From a virus: DNA of 64,000 bases. This document shows, in pieces, positions 1-9,710 of this stretch. The position numbers and the translations under genes were made by a program. The stretch lies in IMG/VR virus record IMGVR_UViG_3300041407_000094, positions 17,123-81,122 of that record. The stretch is one strand, 5' to 3'. Positions within the stretch are counted from its first letter, which is position 1. Every line of letters begins with the position of its first letter. The notes beneath the pieces are model-generated. The model saw only the letters and a list, made by a program, of their open reading frames with translations. It was not told the DNA's origin and made no database searches.

Positions 1-312
1 TCCGATGACCTTAGCGATGTCATTAAAGGGACTCCGTTCTACTTTAGTGCAGAACAAATTGCTGATCGTCTGGATGCACTTACAGAATATCGCGCAAGTC
101 TTCCTTGCCAGTGTGGTGATCCGTTGTGTGGGGTAGGCACAACAGAAACTTCTGAAGAAAACGAAGAAGACTTTGACGAAATGCCTACATTGGAAGACAT
201 GATTTCTTCTGCGGTAGCTTCCGGTATTGAGCAGTACGAAAAGAAACGATTGGCTACTGAAAAGAAAGCAAGTCGTGCAAAACCAGTAAAAATTACCGAG
301 AAATCCGAATAA
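1..312 (+). CDS. 3' end of a gene truncated by the window edge, possibly a ClpP-like protease
   Basis: Frame 1 is open from base 1 (SDDLSDVIKGTPFYFSAEQIADRL...), which resembles the C-terminal part of phage ClpP-like proteins. The catalytic region is not visible. Confidence 0.35.
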   Translation, partial: SDDLSDVIKGTPFYFSAEQIADRLDALTEYRASLPCQCGDPLCGVGTTETSEENEEDFDEMPTLEDMISSAVASGIEQYEKKRLATEKKASRAKPVKITEKSE

Positions 313-317
313 TTCGC

Positions 318-346
318 TAGACAAACCAGTGGAGTGCATGTATTAT
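318..346 (+). promoter_or_regulatory. sigma70-type promoter overlapped by an inverted repeat
   Basis: TAGACA-17-TATTAT; AGTGGAG (328-334) and CTCCACT (349-355) flank the -10 box. Confidence 0.55.
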
Positions 347-381
347 GGCTCCACTAACCCAAACACAAAGGAGAGAGTATT

Positions 382-597
382 ATGAAAACCACAGGTGAAA
401 TGTATTTTGATGAAAATGTAAGCCTTGAGCACCGTCAAGGATTTCGTTCAGGTCTTGAGAAAGCCTACGAAATTATTGAAGAATATAAGACAGCACTAAA
501 GCAAGATGGTAGGGTCAATGAACTAAATTGGGTGAATGTTTGTAGTGAACACCTAGATGACGAACTTTCCATGTATCAAGTTGGAGATGAAGAATGA
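382..597 (+). CDS. hypothetical protein
   Basis: 71-aa ORF with AAGGAG RBS. Confidence 0.7.
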   Translation: MKTTGEMYFDENVSLEHRQGFRSGLEKAYEIIEEYKTALKQDGRVNELNWVNVCSEHLDDELSMYQVGDEE

Positions 598-816
598 TCA
601 GCACACAGGAAATCGAGGAACTAATTGCAGAACAACAAGCTGACCTTGCTGCACAGGAAAAGTCAGAGAATTCTGAGGAGGAAGAATGAAAGAGTTAGAT
701 TATGATGAACGGTATGAGGATTACTTAGCCATCGTTGAACACTGCTTTGATGTGGACCCTCAATGGAACTGGGAAGTTGATTTAGAATCTAATTGTATTG
801 ATTAAAGGAGAATACT

Positions 817-990
817 TTGTCTGGATCAAATGCCAATAAGAGAAGTCAACACTTAGCAATCAGGTGTGCCCTACTCAGAGAAGAAGGTTTGACATTATCT
901 GAGATTGCTAAGTTAGTTGGGATTGAGAAAGACAAAGTAAACACAAGAACTGAACTGGGTAAACGACTTTTAAGTTTAGGAGAAATGTAA
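817..990 (+). CDS. small helix-turn-helix protein (sigma region 4-like)
   Basis: Below the ORF track cutoff. AAGGAG + TTG start; 57 aa with LREEGLTLSEIAKLVGIEKDKV HTH pattern; stop overlaps the next ATG. Confidence 0.6.
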   Translation: MSGSNANKRSQHLAIRCALLREEGLTLSEIAKLVGIEKDKVNTRTELGKRLLSLGEM

Positions 991-1301
991 TGACTGTAGA
1001 TATTCAAGAAGTGCTAGACTGCCCAATGCAAGAGAATGATTCAGAGGCAACTACAATTAAAGGCTATCTGAAAGCACTTCTCTTCACACTGTGGGACGAA
1101 GGTGAGGGATTCTCTGGTAAACGCCCGTTTGGTAATTCTAATTGGGAGGATGATGTAGCATTTGCACTTGTGAAAGGCAAGTTCATTAAAGGTCGAATCA
1201 CATCTGAAATGGAAGACGGGGAGGTTGTCAACGAGTATTTGGAGGATGCTGATTACCCATTGATGAACAAATTGATTCAACGTGCTATTGAGGCTTTGTA
1301 A
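990..1301 (+). CDS. conserved phage hypothetical protein
   Basis: 103 aa with RBS; LWDEGEGFSGKRPFGNS motif recalled from other phage hypotheticals. Confidence 0.7.
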   Translation: MTVDIQEVLDCPMQENDSEATTIKGYLKALLFTLWDEGEGFSGKRPFGNSNWEDDVAFALVKGKFIKGRITSEMEDGEVVNEYLEDADYPLMNKLIQRAIEAL

Positions 1302-1605
1302 TTATTATGCCACTATATATATGCTAGTTAAAGTTGACTTCGGACACCGTGAATATATTAGTCTATTCGACACGCAAGACAAGGTTAAAGCTTACCAGTC
1401 AAGCCTAGAGATGGAGATGTTTGACTCCAACAATCTTTGCGGTATTACTTTTTACACTGAGGAGTTTCAAGTACGATGAGTTATACAGAAGTTGAATTGG
1501 AAGGTTTGGAAAGTTCACTTGAACATTGGATTCTGAGTGATGAGCAAGATATGCGTGAAACTTTTGGTGACGACCTTGTGTTTGCTGTGAAGGAGGCTCT
1601 AGTAG

Positions 1606-2238
1606 ATGATTAGGGAGAAGCATTACGGAATAGGGATTAATGATGCTGATTGGCCATTATATACTTATGAAATAGTGGGGAATAAAAAGAAAAGAATTGG
1701 GATTTGCCCGTTTTATATGCGATGGGTTACAGTTTTAAGTAGATGCTACTCACCAAAGGAGTTAAAAAGGAATCCATCATATCTTGGCTGTGGTGTTTGC
1801 GACGAGTGGAGATACCTTTCAAATTTCAGGTCTTGGATGGAAACTCAGGATTGGGAAGGTAATCAATTAGATAAAGACTTGCTTGTCAGGGGTAATAAAA
1901 CTTATAGCCCTGAAACTTGTGTATTTGTATCACAAGACGTTAATAAATTTTTAACTGATCGTGCTAATGACAGAGGGGCTTTTCCGATTGGTGTTTATTT
2001 TGAAAAAGATTCTGGTAAATATAAAGCTCAAGGAAGCGGTGGTGTAGGGAAGCGTATAAATTTAGGCCGTTTTGGTACTCCAGAAGAAGCTCATAAAGCA
2101 TGGCTAACCTTTAAATTAGAACAAGCTTACGTGTTAGCCGAACGACAATCTGATGAGAGGGTCGCCAAGGCTTTGATTGATCGCTACGAAAATTATGTGA
2201 TGGCTTTCTCAATTACTGAGGATACTGCAAATGACTGA
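1606..2238 (+). CDS. HNH-family homing endonuclease with AP2-like C-terminus
   Basis: GIGIND...RCY...W..LSNFRSWM...LDKDLL..GNKTYSPETCVFV...N; C-terminal LGRFGTPEEAHKAW. Confidence 0.85.
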   Translation: MIREKHYGIGINDADWPLYTYEIVGNKKKRIGICPFYMRWVTVLSRCYSPKELKRNPSYLGCGVCDEWRYLSNFRSWMETQDWEGNQLDKDLLVRGNKTYSPETCVFVSQDVNKFLTDRANDRGAFPIGVYFEKDSGKYKAQGSGGVGKRINLGRFGTPEEAHKAWLTFKLEQAYVLAERQSDERVAKALIDRYENYVMAFSITEDTAND

Positions 2239-2377
2239 ATATGATCGCTGGCTAGATGATGGCATGGAAGACTGGTATTGTGACGGTGAAGAAGTACTAG
2301 AGGGTGTATATGATGAACCCGATGTAGAACCAAACACTGATTACGATAACTATGACGGCTGGGATGACATGCAATGA
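2231..2377 (+). CDS. very acidic 48-aa micro-protein
   Basis: GAGG RBS; overlaps both neighbours; 19 of 48 residues are Asp/Glu. Confidence 0.55.
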   Translation: MTEYDRWLDDGMEDWYCDGEEVLEGVYDEPDVEPNTDYDNYDGWDDMQ

Positions 2378-2658
2378 CTAAAGAAAAAGAAATTGTATCG
2401 GTTGTAGTTTCTTATGAAGACTTCACTAGCTATGATCACATACCGATTGGGAATTTCTACTTCAAAACTGCTATGGGAGATATCATTTATTTGAAGACTT
2501 CTCAACGTGAGTTGGCCCAAGAATGGATTGATGACTACGCTGGTGTTAAAGGTAAATATGTAGCAATTCCTTCCAAGGTGTTTAAGACTAAATCTAGACA
2601 GGAGAATGGACTCAGTACTGCCACAGGAACTAGTACTAGACGCGGGCAATCTAAATGA
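2374..2658 (+). CDS. hypothetical protein
   Basis: 94-aa ORF coupled by ATGA overlap to its neighbours. Confidence 0.65.
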   Translation: MTKEKEIVSVVVSYEDFTSYDHIPIGNFYFKTAMGDIIYLKTSQRELAQEWIDDYAGVKGKYVAIPSKVFKTKSRQENGLSTATGTSTRRGQSK

Positions 2659-3143
2659 AGCTTAAACATCAGCTCATGTATATGAGGATTGCAGAGGCCG
2701 CTGCTGAAACATCGTCTGCTGTCAGACTCAAGGTTGGTTGCTGTTTGGTTAAGAATAATGCAGTGATTGCAGTATCATATAATGGACTGCCAAGTTTTCT
2801 AGATGGACCTATTGAGGATAAAGTATATCTTGCGGGAGGCGGAGCTTGGCTAGATCCTGATGAGATACTTGAAACTTATCCTTACAAAGATGATGTGGAT
2901 AGATATAAATTAGTTACCAAAAAAGAATGTAGGCATGCGGAGAAGAATAGTCTTCTAGCTTTGTCTAAGAGTAACGAGAGTGCAACCGGGGCTTCGCTCT
3001 TCTGTACTCACGCATGTTGCGAACTTTGTTCGATTGATATCATTGACAGTGGAATCGTAAAGGTCTATTATCGTAACGAGTACCGAAGCACAGAAGGGTT
3101 GGAGTATCTTCGGGCAAACAATATTGAAGTAATTAAAATTTAA
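2655..3143 (+). CDS. dCMP deaminase
   Basis: KVGC..V, YNG, HAEKN and ACCELC zinc-binding deaminase motifs. Confidence 0.92.
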   Translation: MKLKHQLMYMRIAEAAAETSSAVRLKVGCCLVKNNAVIAVSYNGLPSFLDGPIEDKVYLAGGGAWLDPDEILETYPYKDDVDRYKLVTKKECRHAEKNSLLALSKSNESATGASLFCTHACCELCSIDIIDSGIVKVYYRNEYRSTEGLEYLRANNIEVIKI

Positions 3144-3153
3144 GGAGAAGAAA

Positions 3154-3582
3154 ATGCATAGCAATGAATCGAGCTGGAATCCCGACGAAATCGTAGACAC
3201 TAAATCTTTACAACTATTCACCCTTCGTGAATTTATGAAGTGTCTTAATTATGAATTTGTTGAAGGAAATCTATGGTCCAACCCATTCTTTCACTCATCT
3301 CACCATTCTAATAAAGGTCGTAATATTATTGGTTTTGTTGGAGCCCTGAAACTTTATAACGGGAATAGTGTTAAGTGTGTATTCGGTAAGCCACCAGAAA
3401 AGCTCAGCTTGTGGTCATTCAATGATTATCAAATTGCTAAAGCTAAGGCTTCACGTATCCTTGTCCGGTTGAAGCTGCAACTGTGTAAGTCTACCAAAAC
3501 TATTTTGGTTCAGGACCACCGAGTGGAATTTACTTTAAAAAGTTATTCTAGACTCTTTCTTTCGAATAAATATTTGGGGTGA
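3154..3582 (+). CDS. hypothetical protein
   Basis: 142-aa ORF with AAGGAG RBS. Confidence 0.7.
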   Translation: MHSNESSWNPDEIVDTKSLQLFTLREFMKCLNYEFVEGNLWSNPFFHSSHHSNKGRNIIGFVGALKLYNGNSVKCVFGKPPEKLSLWSFNDYQIAKAKASRILVRLKLQLCKSTKTILVQDHRVEFTLKSYSRLFLSNKYLG

Positions 3583-3781
3583 TGTATGGAGCATCGTACT
3601 ATCGCCTTGCTTTTTAGTAACTCACATTGGATGTGGTCTGAAGACTACCACTTTGGTAATCACAAAGACCTTGGGAAGTTCGTTGAAGTGTTCTTCACAA
3701 AAGGCTTCTCTGATCGTGAGGTTGATGAAGTCGTGAGGGATTACTATTCGGCAAACTGTGAGCATCTTTTTGACTAATTCT

Positions 3782-3822
3782 AAGGCTCGGGACTTGACTG
3801 TCTCGGGCTTTTATTTTATCAT
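3782..3822 (+). terminator. intrinsic terminator whose loop is the -35 box of a sigma70 promoter
   Basis: Stem AAGGCTCGGGAC / GTCTCGGGCTTT, loop TTGACT (3794-3799), T tract, TATCAT at 3817-3822 (17-bp spacer). Confidence 0.75.
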
Positions 3823-3851
3823 TGGTTTACTAATTTAAAGGAGCACAACAA

Positions 3852-4178
3852 TTGGCTAACGTTTGGTTTACATCAGACCTACACCTAGGTCACAAGAATA
3901 TTGCAAACTTCCGCACTCAGTTTGAATCTGAACTTCACCATAGGGAAGTAATTAAAGAGAATTACCACAAGGTCGTCACTAAACGTGATAAAGTGTACTT
4001 TCTTGGTGATGTGGCGTTTACACAGGAAACTCTAAAAGATGTTGGTACTTGGGTTGCTGAGAAGAAAGTACTGATTGTAGGTAATCATTGTATTGACAAC
4101 ATCAAGATGTCAGAAGTATGCAAACACTTTGATGAAGTGTACAGCCTTAAAAAGTACAAAGAAACGGTTGAATATTGA
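3852..4178 (+). pseudogene. calcineurin-like metallophosphoesterase, C-terminally truncated
   Basis: SDLHLGH, LGD and GNH motifs present; later H and GHxH motifs absent; only 108 aa. Confidence 0.65.
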
Positions 4179-4628
4179 AGAGAAGGTTTACAAATGAATA
4201 AAGCAAAACTAAAGAAAGACCTAGAACTAATCCACCGCCACCTAACACGGGCAGAAGTTGTGATGGAAAAGATAGCCACAAAGCTTGGCATTGACAGACA
4301 CGAATACTTAGAGAAAACTCTATACGAAGTGGAAGAGTTGCTGAAAATGTTTGAAGACAACGGACCACCAAAGACCCACTAGGCCTTGTTTAGTTACTTA
4401 GTGGACATCATAAAGACTTTTAGAGAACATTTGCAATGGTAGGATTAGTTAAACAACGTCTAGCTTGGGAAGCAGAATTTGCATTAGGTGCTGAGACAGA
4501 CTTCGTAGCTTTCAAAGAATATAAGGAAAAGAGATTGTCTGAAGATTTCAGACTGTCAAGTTATATGGAAAAGCATTTTGAATATGTGATTAACTTAGAA
4601 CGACGGCTTAAATTGAAGGAGAAAGAAG

Positions 4629-5009
4629 ATGAGTAATCCAAACTTTACACCGATTACAGACGCTCAACGAGAGCAGGCTAAACAACAACGTCTAGCTGAC
4701 CAAGAGTTTGCCCGTAATAACTTAAAAGTAACATACATGGACCAACCACACTGGGTGACATTGGCTTCAAAATATAATTGCAAACTGCCGATGTGGTGGA
4801 AGCCCTCTAGTGATGTGAAATACCTTAGGCGAGTGGCCAAGAAAGCTAATTTTGATTTGAATGTGTTCGTAGAAAGTACAGGCTGTTCTAATATCAAAGA
4901 ATATGCTGACTTAAACTCAAATTGGAGCGTTCTTGGACTGGTTGGTACTCTACTTGAGTTTATTGATGAGCAAAAGAGCTTAGAATCAAGCGCATGTACT
5001 ACAAGTTAA
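4629..5009 (+). CDS. hypothetical protein
   Basis: 126-aa ORF with RBS, overlapping the previous gene. Confidence 0.7.
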   Translation: MSNPNFTPITDAQREQAKQQRLADQEFARNNLKVTYMDQPHWVTLASKYNCKLPMWWKPSSDVKYLRRVAKKANFDLNVFVESTGCSNIKEYADLNSNWSVLGLVGTLLEFIDEQKSLESSACTTS

Positions 5010-5503
5010 GGGAGTTTTAGGGGTATAAAACTATGATCTCTGTTTCAAAGCTGTGGGATCAGGGTTGTAAAGACACGAAGTTTCTGATATGATATATTTC
5101 CAATGAAAGGAGTAATAAAATGTTTATAATTCTATATCTCGCAATAACTTTAGTAATGCTGTATAGCGAAGCACTCGATTGCTACAGAACTAAAGTGAAA
5201 TTCAATATCCTCGGTAGTTTGTTGTTCTCCTTTGCTTGGATTATATCCCTACCTTGGTCTATTTATAGTATTTGGGCTGTTCAACAGAAAGATACAAACT
5301 GAGTAACTTGGTGGGGTGTAAATAATGACCAAACAATATTCCCATGACAGAGAAGTGATCAAAGACTTCATCCGCTTCCTGTCAGATGAGCATAAGTGTG
5401 CAGTGGTGTGTTTTCCTGATGAATTTGCAGCCAACAGTTATGTGAACTATAAGTTTATTAACGTTTCAGATATCTTGGAAGAGTTTTTGGAGGGGAGAAA
5501 GTA

Positions 5504-6337
5504 GTGAGCATTCAAATGAATAACCAAACAATCGTGTTAGGGAATCAGTCCATGTACGTTTCAATTAAGCCGGGGAAGCTTGGGGCTGTCCCACTTTTGA
5601 TAATGAATGGTATAGGAGCGAATACTGGTCTGCTGACTCCGTTTGTTGAAGCTATGCACGAATCAAATCCTGAACTTGAGATTATTACTTTTGATGTGCC
5701 GGGGTGTGGTGGATCTTCTGTTCCCTCTTTTCCATACCGATTCAGTGGTTTGGCTAAAACAGTAAGTCAGGTACTTGACTATTTGAACTATGGGCAAGTT
5801 GATGTACTTGGCCTATCATGGGGTGGATTTTTGGCGTCGCAGTTCGCATACGATTACCCACAACGTTGTAAGAAACTAATACTATGCGCGACGGCCACTG
5901 GCGTTACATCCGTTCCACCTAGTTTTAAGGTGTTGTCGCTGATGGCTTCGCCTAGACGCTACTCTGACTCAGCTTATATGATCGAGATTGCTCCTCTAAT
6001 CTACGGTGGAAAATTCCGCTCTGATCCTGAGCTAGCAATTAAGTATGCACGGAAGATGGAAGCTAATAGGTCTGAAAATAAAGCTAACACCGCTGGATAC
6101 AAGTTTCAACAGCTAGCAATTTGTTGGTGGAGCAGCATGTGGATGCTTCCTTGTATTAAACAACCTACACTTCTGATTGGTGGTAGCGATGATCCAATCA
6201 TACCGTTAGTGAATATGAAGATTATGAAAGGACTTATTCCTAATTCAAAGCTTCATGTGGTGGACGATGGACACCTTTTCCTACTCTGTTCAACTGATGT
6301 GGTAACACCTATTATTAATGAATTCTTGGAGGGTTAG
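5504..6337 (+). CDS. phaZ: poly(3-hydroxyalkanoate) depolymerase (intracellular mcl-PHA type)
   Basis: Collinear with Pseudomonas PhaZ: PLLIMNGIGAN, FDVPG.GGSS.P..PYRF.GLAK, lipase box GLSWGG, CKKL, MASPRRY, IAP.IYGG.FR.DP, QPTL...G.DDPIIPL.NM, DDGHLFL. Confidence 0.93.
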   Translation: MSIQMNNQTIVLGNQSMYVSIKPGKLGAVPLLIMNGIGANTGLLTPFVEAMHESNPELEIITFDVPGCGGSSVPSFPYRFSGLAKTVSQVLDYLNYGQVDVLGLSWGGFLASQFAYDYPQRCKKLILCATATGVTSVPPSFKVLSLMASPRRYSDSAYMIEIAPLIYGGKFRSDPELAIKYARKMEANRSENKANTAGYKFQQLAICWWSSMWMLPCIKQPTLLIGGSDDPIIPLVNMKIMKGLIPNSKLHVVDDGHLFLLCSTDVVTPIINEFLEG

Positions 6338-6724
6338 ATGATAATTGAATATGCTAGAATACTCTCACCTCCAATGTGCAGGCGATATCCAGAGAAGATA
6401 TACATCTATGGTGATAACTTAAAAGCCTTCGGTAAAGGAGGGCAAGCTATCATCCGTGATGAGCCTAATGCTTTGGGTATCCCAACTAAACGATACCCTT
6501 CTTGGGATGATTGGGCATTCTTTAGTGATAAACCAGATGAAATTGAAGCTGTAAAGATATCCCTACGTGAATTGTGGAAGGTTGCACAAGACAAAGTGAT
6601 TGTATTCCCTGAAGATGGTATTGGAACAGGAAGGGCTAAGATGAAAGAGAAATCTCCTGTTGCTTATGAGATGATGTGTGGTATATTGTGGGAACATTTT
6701 GGTATTGTTAATGGAGGAAAATAA
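6338..6724 (+). CDS. conserved phage hypothetical protein
   Basis: YGDN...GKGGQA.IR.EPNA.GIPTK and FP.DGIGTGRA motifs, recalled from many phages; starts immediately after the phaZ stop. Confidence 0.75.
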   Translation: MIIEYARILSPPMCRRYPEKIYIYGDNLKAFGKGGQAIIRDEPNALGIPTKRYPSWDDWAFFSDKPDEIEAVKISLRELWKVAQDKVIVFPEDGIGTGRAKMKEKSPVAYEMMCGILWEHFGIVNGGK

Positions 6725-6991
6725 TGACAAACCCTGAACGCTGTTCATGTGGAGCTAGGGAGAAGAATAAGTGCAGTGAGGAGAGTGAACATGGAACTGG
6801 GAAGATGTGTTTGAAGGATGAAGATAAGGTCATAGTGAAGAAAGGTAGGATTAGGATTAAACAAGGTTGGGGAATCTATATACTGTCGAATGTCGGCTTA
6901 GTTGGTGGCTGCCCTTTTGGTGGTACATGGGGTATACCAGCTATTTTGATGTTGCACAGAACCATATAAAGTGGATTGAGGAGAATATACT

Positions 6992-7300
6992 GTGAACCAA
7001 ACAATTGAAGACAGGATGCAAGCTGTAGAAGATCAACTGAAAGAAATTCGTAAAGAATTGGAGGAGAGTTTGGCGAGGTATAAGGATAAAGAAGACCCTC
7101 TTGCAAACTACAATCTGCACACAGCAAACCCTAACCTCCCTGTGTGGGATGCATCTACTTACTATAGGGAAGGCTGTCTTGTAAAATGGCCTGATGGTGG
7201 TATAATGAAAGCTAAGATTAATACCATATCAAATATTGAAGATTGGTATGACCCTGCAAAATGTGATATACATGGAAACATGGTTGAGAAGATCAAATGA
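6992..7300 (+). CDS. hypothetical protein with possible CBM5/12-like motif
   Basis: N-terminal coiled coil followed by PVWDASTYYREGCLV.W.DG...KA. Confidence 0.5.
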   Translation: MNQTIEDRMQAVEDQLKEIRKELEESLARYKDKEDPLANYNLHTANPNLPVWDASTYYREGCLVKWPDGGIMKAKINTISNIEDWYDPAKCDIHGNMVEKIK

Positions 7301-8041
7301 AACCTAACGGCTGCAATGAAGATGGTTGGGACTTATTCGAACAGCAGACTAAAGAAGAGTTTGAACATTATGCTGTTCGTAGGGGATATGATATAACACG
7401 AGACAGTGAATACAGCTTCTTCTATGCTGATAAGCGTACAGCGGATGCTTGGGAGATGTATCATCAGGGTCATGTTAGCGGGAGGGTGTGGAATGATTGA
7501 ACATTACACAAAAGAGGGTGGACATTTCAAAGTAGGGTTGTCTGCCAATAGCAACCACATACTCTTGCAGATTCAGAATAAGTATGGAGATCAAGCAAGA
7601 GAAGCACTCACTAGTACAGAGGCTGAACATGTTGCTTTGCTATTACTGGACTACGTAAAGGAATTAAAGAATGAAACCAATAATCCTTAAAACACCAGAA
7701 GGGCTATATGTCTGTGAAATACCAATTGAGAATGAACCAGAAGATGGGGCATCTGATAGAACGTGGTGGATATGGGCAGCAACAGGAGTTGGTAGTAGTC
7801 CAGTAGAGGCTTATGATAGGTGGGTACTTGACTATGAGTCACAATTGGAGGATAAGGTGTGATGAACAAAGACACAATTATGGATTTCATCGAATGGCTT
7901 GAAGATGAAAAGAATGTTTATCTTGTAGATATGTACTACCACAATAAAGAGGGTACAGGGATGTTTGATTCACTGGATGAAGTGAGAAGTCTGGTGGATG
8001 AGTTTGCAAAGTTGCCGTCTGTCGGATACATAGACACAGCC

Positions 8042-8070
8042 TTGTAAACGCAGATTTAAGCTGATATAAT
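8042..8070 (+). promoter_or_regulatory. sigma70-type promoter (extended -10)
   Basis: TTGTAA-17-TATAAT with TGn before the -10. Confidence 0.7.
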
Positions 8071-8132
8071 CATTTCATAGCATCAAAGCTATACGGACAA
8101 TCTTGTCCTGAATATTATTTGGAGATTTAAAT

Positions 8133-8642
8133 ATGACAACTTACCACGTAGAACTTACAGGCCATTGCGATGTGATTGTAGAGGCTAATAGTGAGCAAGA
8201 GGCATTTGATCGTGCTGTAGCTCGCATTCCTTCGTCTTCCTTGAGTATCGAGACAGCAGAAGTGAAGGGTGTGTTGGAAGGTGAAGCTTTGAAACAGGCT
8301 TATCGTTATTTTCCTGAGCATTTGGCTATGGTGGATACAGAAGTGTTTGAGAAGGAAGAGAATTTTGTATTGTACACCAAGGAAATGCAAGATGCTGATG
8401 CGCTTGATGCTGACAAGATTTATAAAGAGCTTTCTGCACGTAAATCCGCTGGTGAAACTCTTGATTGGATTGATGAAGAGTTCCTTGAGCAACATTCTTA
8501 CATCAACGGTTTGGTAGAAGAACTTATTCCAAAGCAAGAGAGTTACAAAGATAAGATGATGGCTTGTTTTGATGAGGATGATAATTTTGTTGGCTTGGTT
8601 GGTCAACAAGAGAATGGTACTTATAAGATTTTGAAGAAATGA
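8133..8642 (+). CDS. acidic hypothetical protein
   Basis: 169-aa ORF with GGAG RBS downstream of a promoter. Confidence 0.75.
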   Translation: MTTYHVELTGHCDVIVEANSEQEAFDRAVARIPSSSLSIETAEVKGVLEGEALKQAYRYFPEHLAMVDTEVFEKEENFVLYTKEMQDADALDADKIYKELSARKSAGETLDWIDEEFLEQHSYINGLVEELIPKQESYKDKMMACFDEDDNFVGLVGQQENGTYKILKK

Positions 8643-9104
8643 AACAGTCTCGTGAACAAGCAAAGCAACGATATGCTGAACGTTCAGTGGATGAGCAGAT
8701 ATCTGATGCTATCAACAGTATGGAGAGTATTTACGAGACAATGGTAAATCAACCTGAGTGGTTGAATAACCCAAGTGAAGAATATATTGAAGGATTTAAG
8801 TTTGCCATGAATATGATGAATAGTCGATTCTTTCCAGAGGATGTAATTAAATGACTGTAAGTGAATATGAAGATTTCAAACCCACCGTAGAAGATTTGAT
8901 GTTGGCTCAGAGAGTAATTATGGCATCTCACAAGCAACTTATGAGGGAGTGGTCAGATGGTGATCTTGGGCAAAACCAAGACCCTGAAATCTTCCGACTA
9001 AAAGAGTCTTTGCTTGTTGCCCATGCCACACTTATGTTGTTTTAATTTATAATATCCTCACATTTCTTAATTGATTTGTGGGGTGCTTTTATTTTGGAGG
9101 GGTT

Positions 9105-9710
9105 ATGGCATATAGGATTATACAAGGTGTAGGCATTAATGATGCCGGCTATGTAGTTAATAAGACGGACAGTCTAGGTAGGAGGGTTAGGTGTCCATTC
9201 TATGTTAAGTGGGCAGCGATGCTAGAACGATGCTACTCTGAGTCTTTTCATAAAACCAATCCAAGCTACGTAGGGTGTTCTGTGCATCCCAACTGGCACA
9301 GGTTCAGTAACTTCAAAGCTTGGATGGAACAGCAAGATTGGGAAGGGAAACACTTGGACAAAGATCTACTAATTATTAACAATAGAATATATTCCCCTGA
9401 AACTTGCGTTTTTGTTAGTGGTGCGGTTAATAACTTTACTCTTGATGGTGGCAACCAGAAAAGTGGACTACCGATGGGAGTATCACTAGACAAGAGCTAT
9501 GTTCCGTTGATGTACAAGGCACAGTGCAGGAGTGTTATAAGTGGGAAGAATGAGACTGTGGGCCGTTCACCAAACCCAGATATTGCACACAAAGCATGGT
9601 TAGCAGCTAAGCTAGAACAAGCTTACATCCTTGCAGAACAACAAACAGATAAGCGTGTAGCTGAAGCTTTGATTGATAGGTATGAAAATTATAAGGAGTA
9701 TTTTGGTTGA
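9105..9710 (+). CDS. HNH-family homing endonuclease (paralog of 1606-2238)
   Basis: GVGIND, LDKDLL, YSPETCVFV and a near-identical C-terminus; ATG at 9105 follows GGAGG. Confidence 0.85.
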   Translation: MAYRIIQGVGINDAGYVVNKTDSLGRRVRCPFYVKWAAMLERCYSESFHKTNPSYVGCSVHPNWHRFSNFKAWMEQQDWEGKHLDKDLLIINNRIYSPETCVFVSGAVNNFTLDGGNQKSGLPMGVSLDKSYVPLMYKAQCRSVISGKNETVGRSPNPDIAHKAWLAAKLEQAYILAEQQTDKRVAEALIDRYENYKEYFG

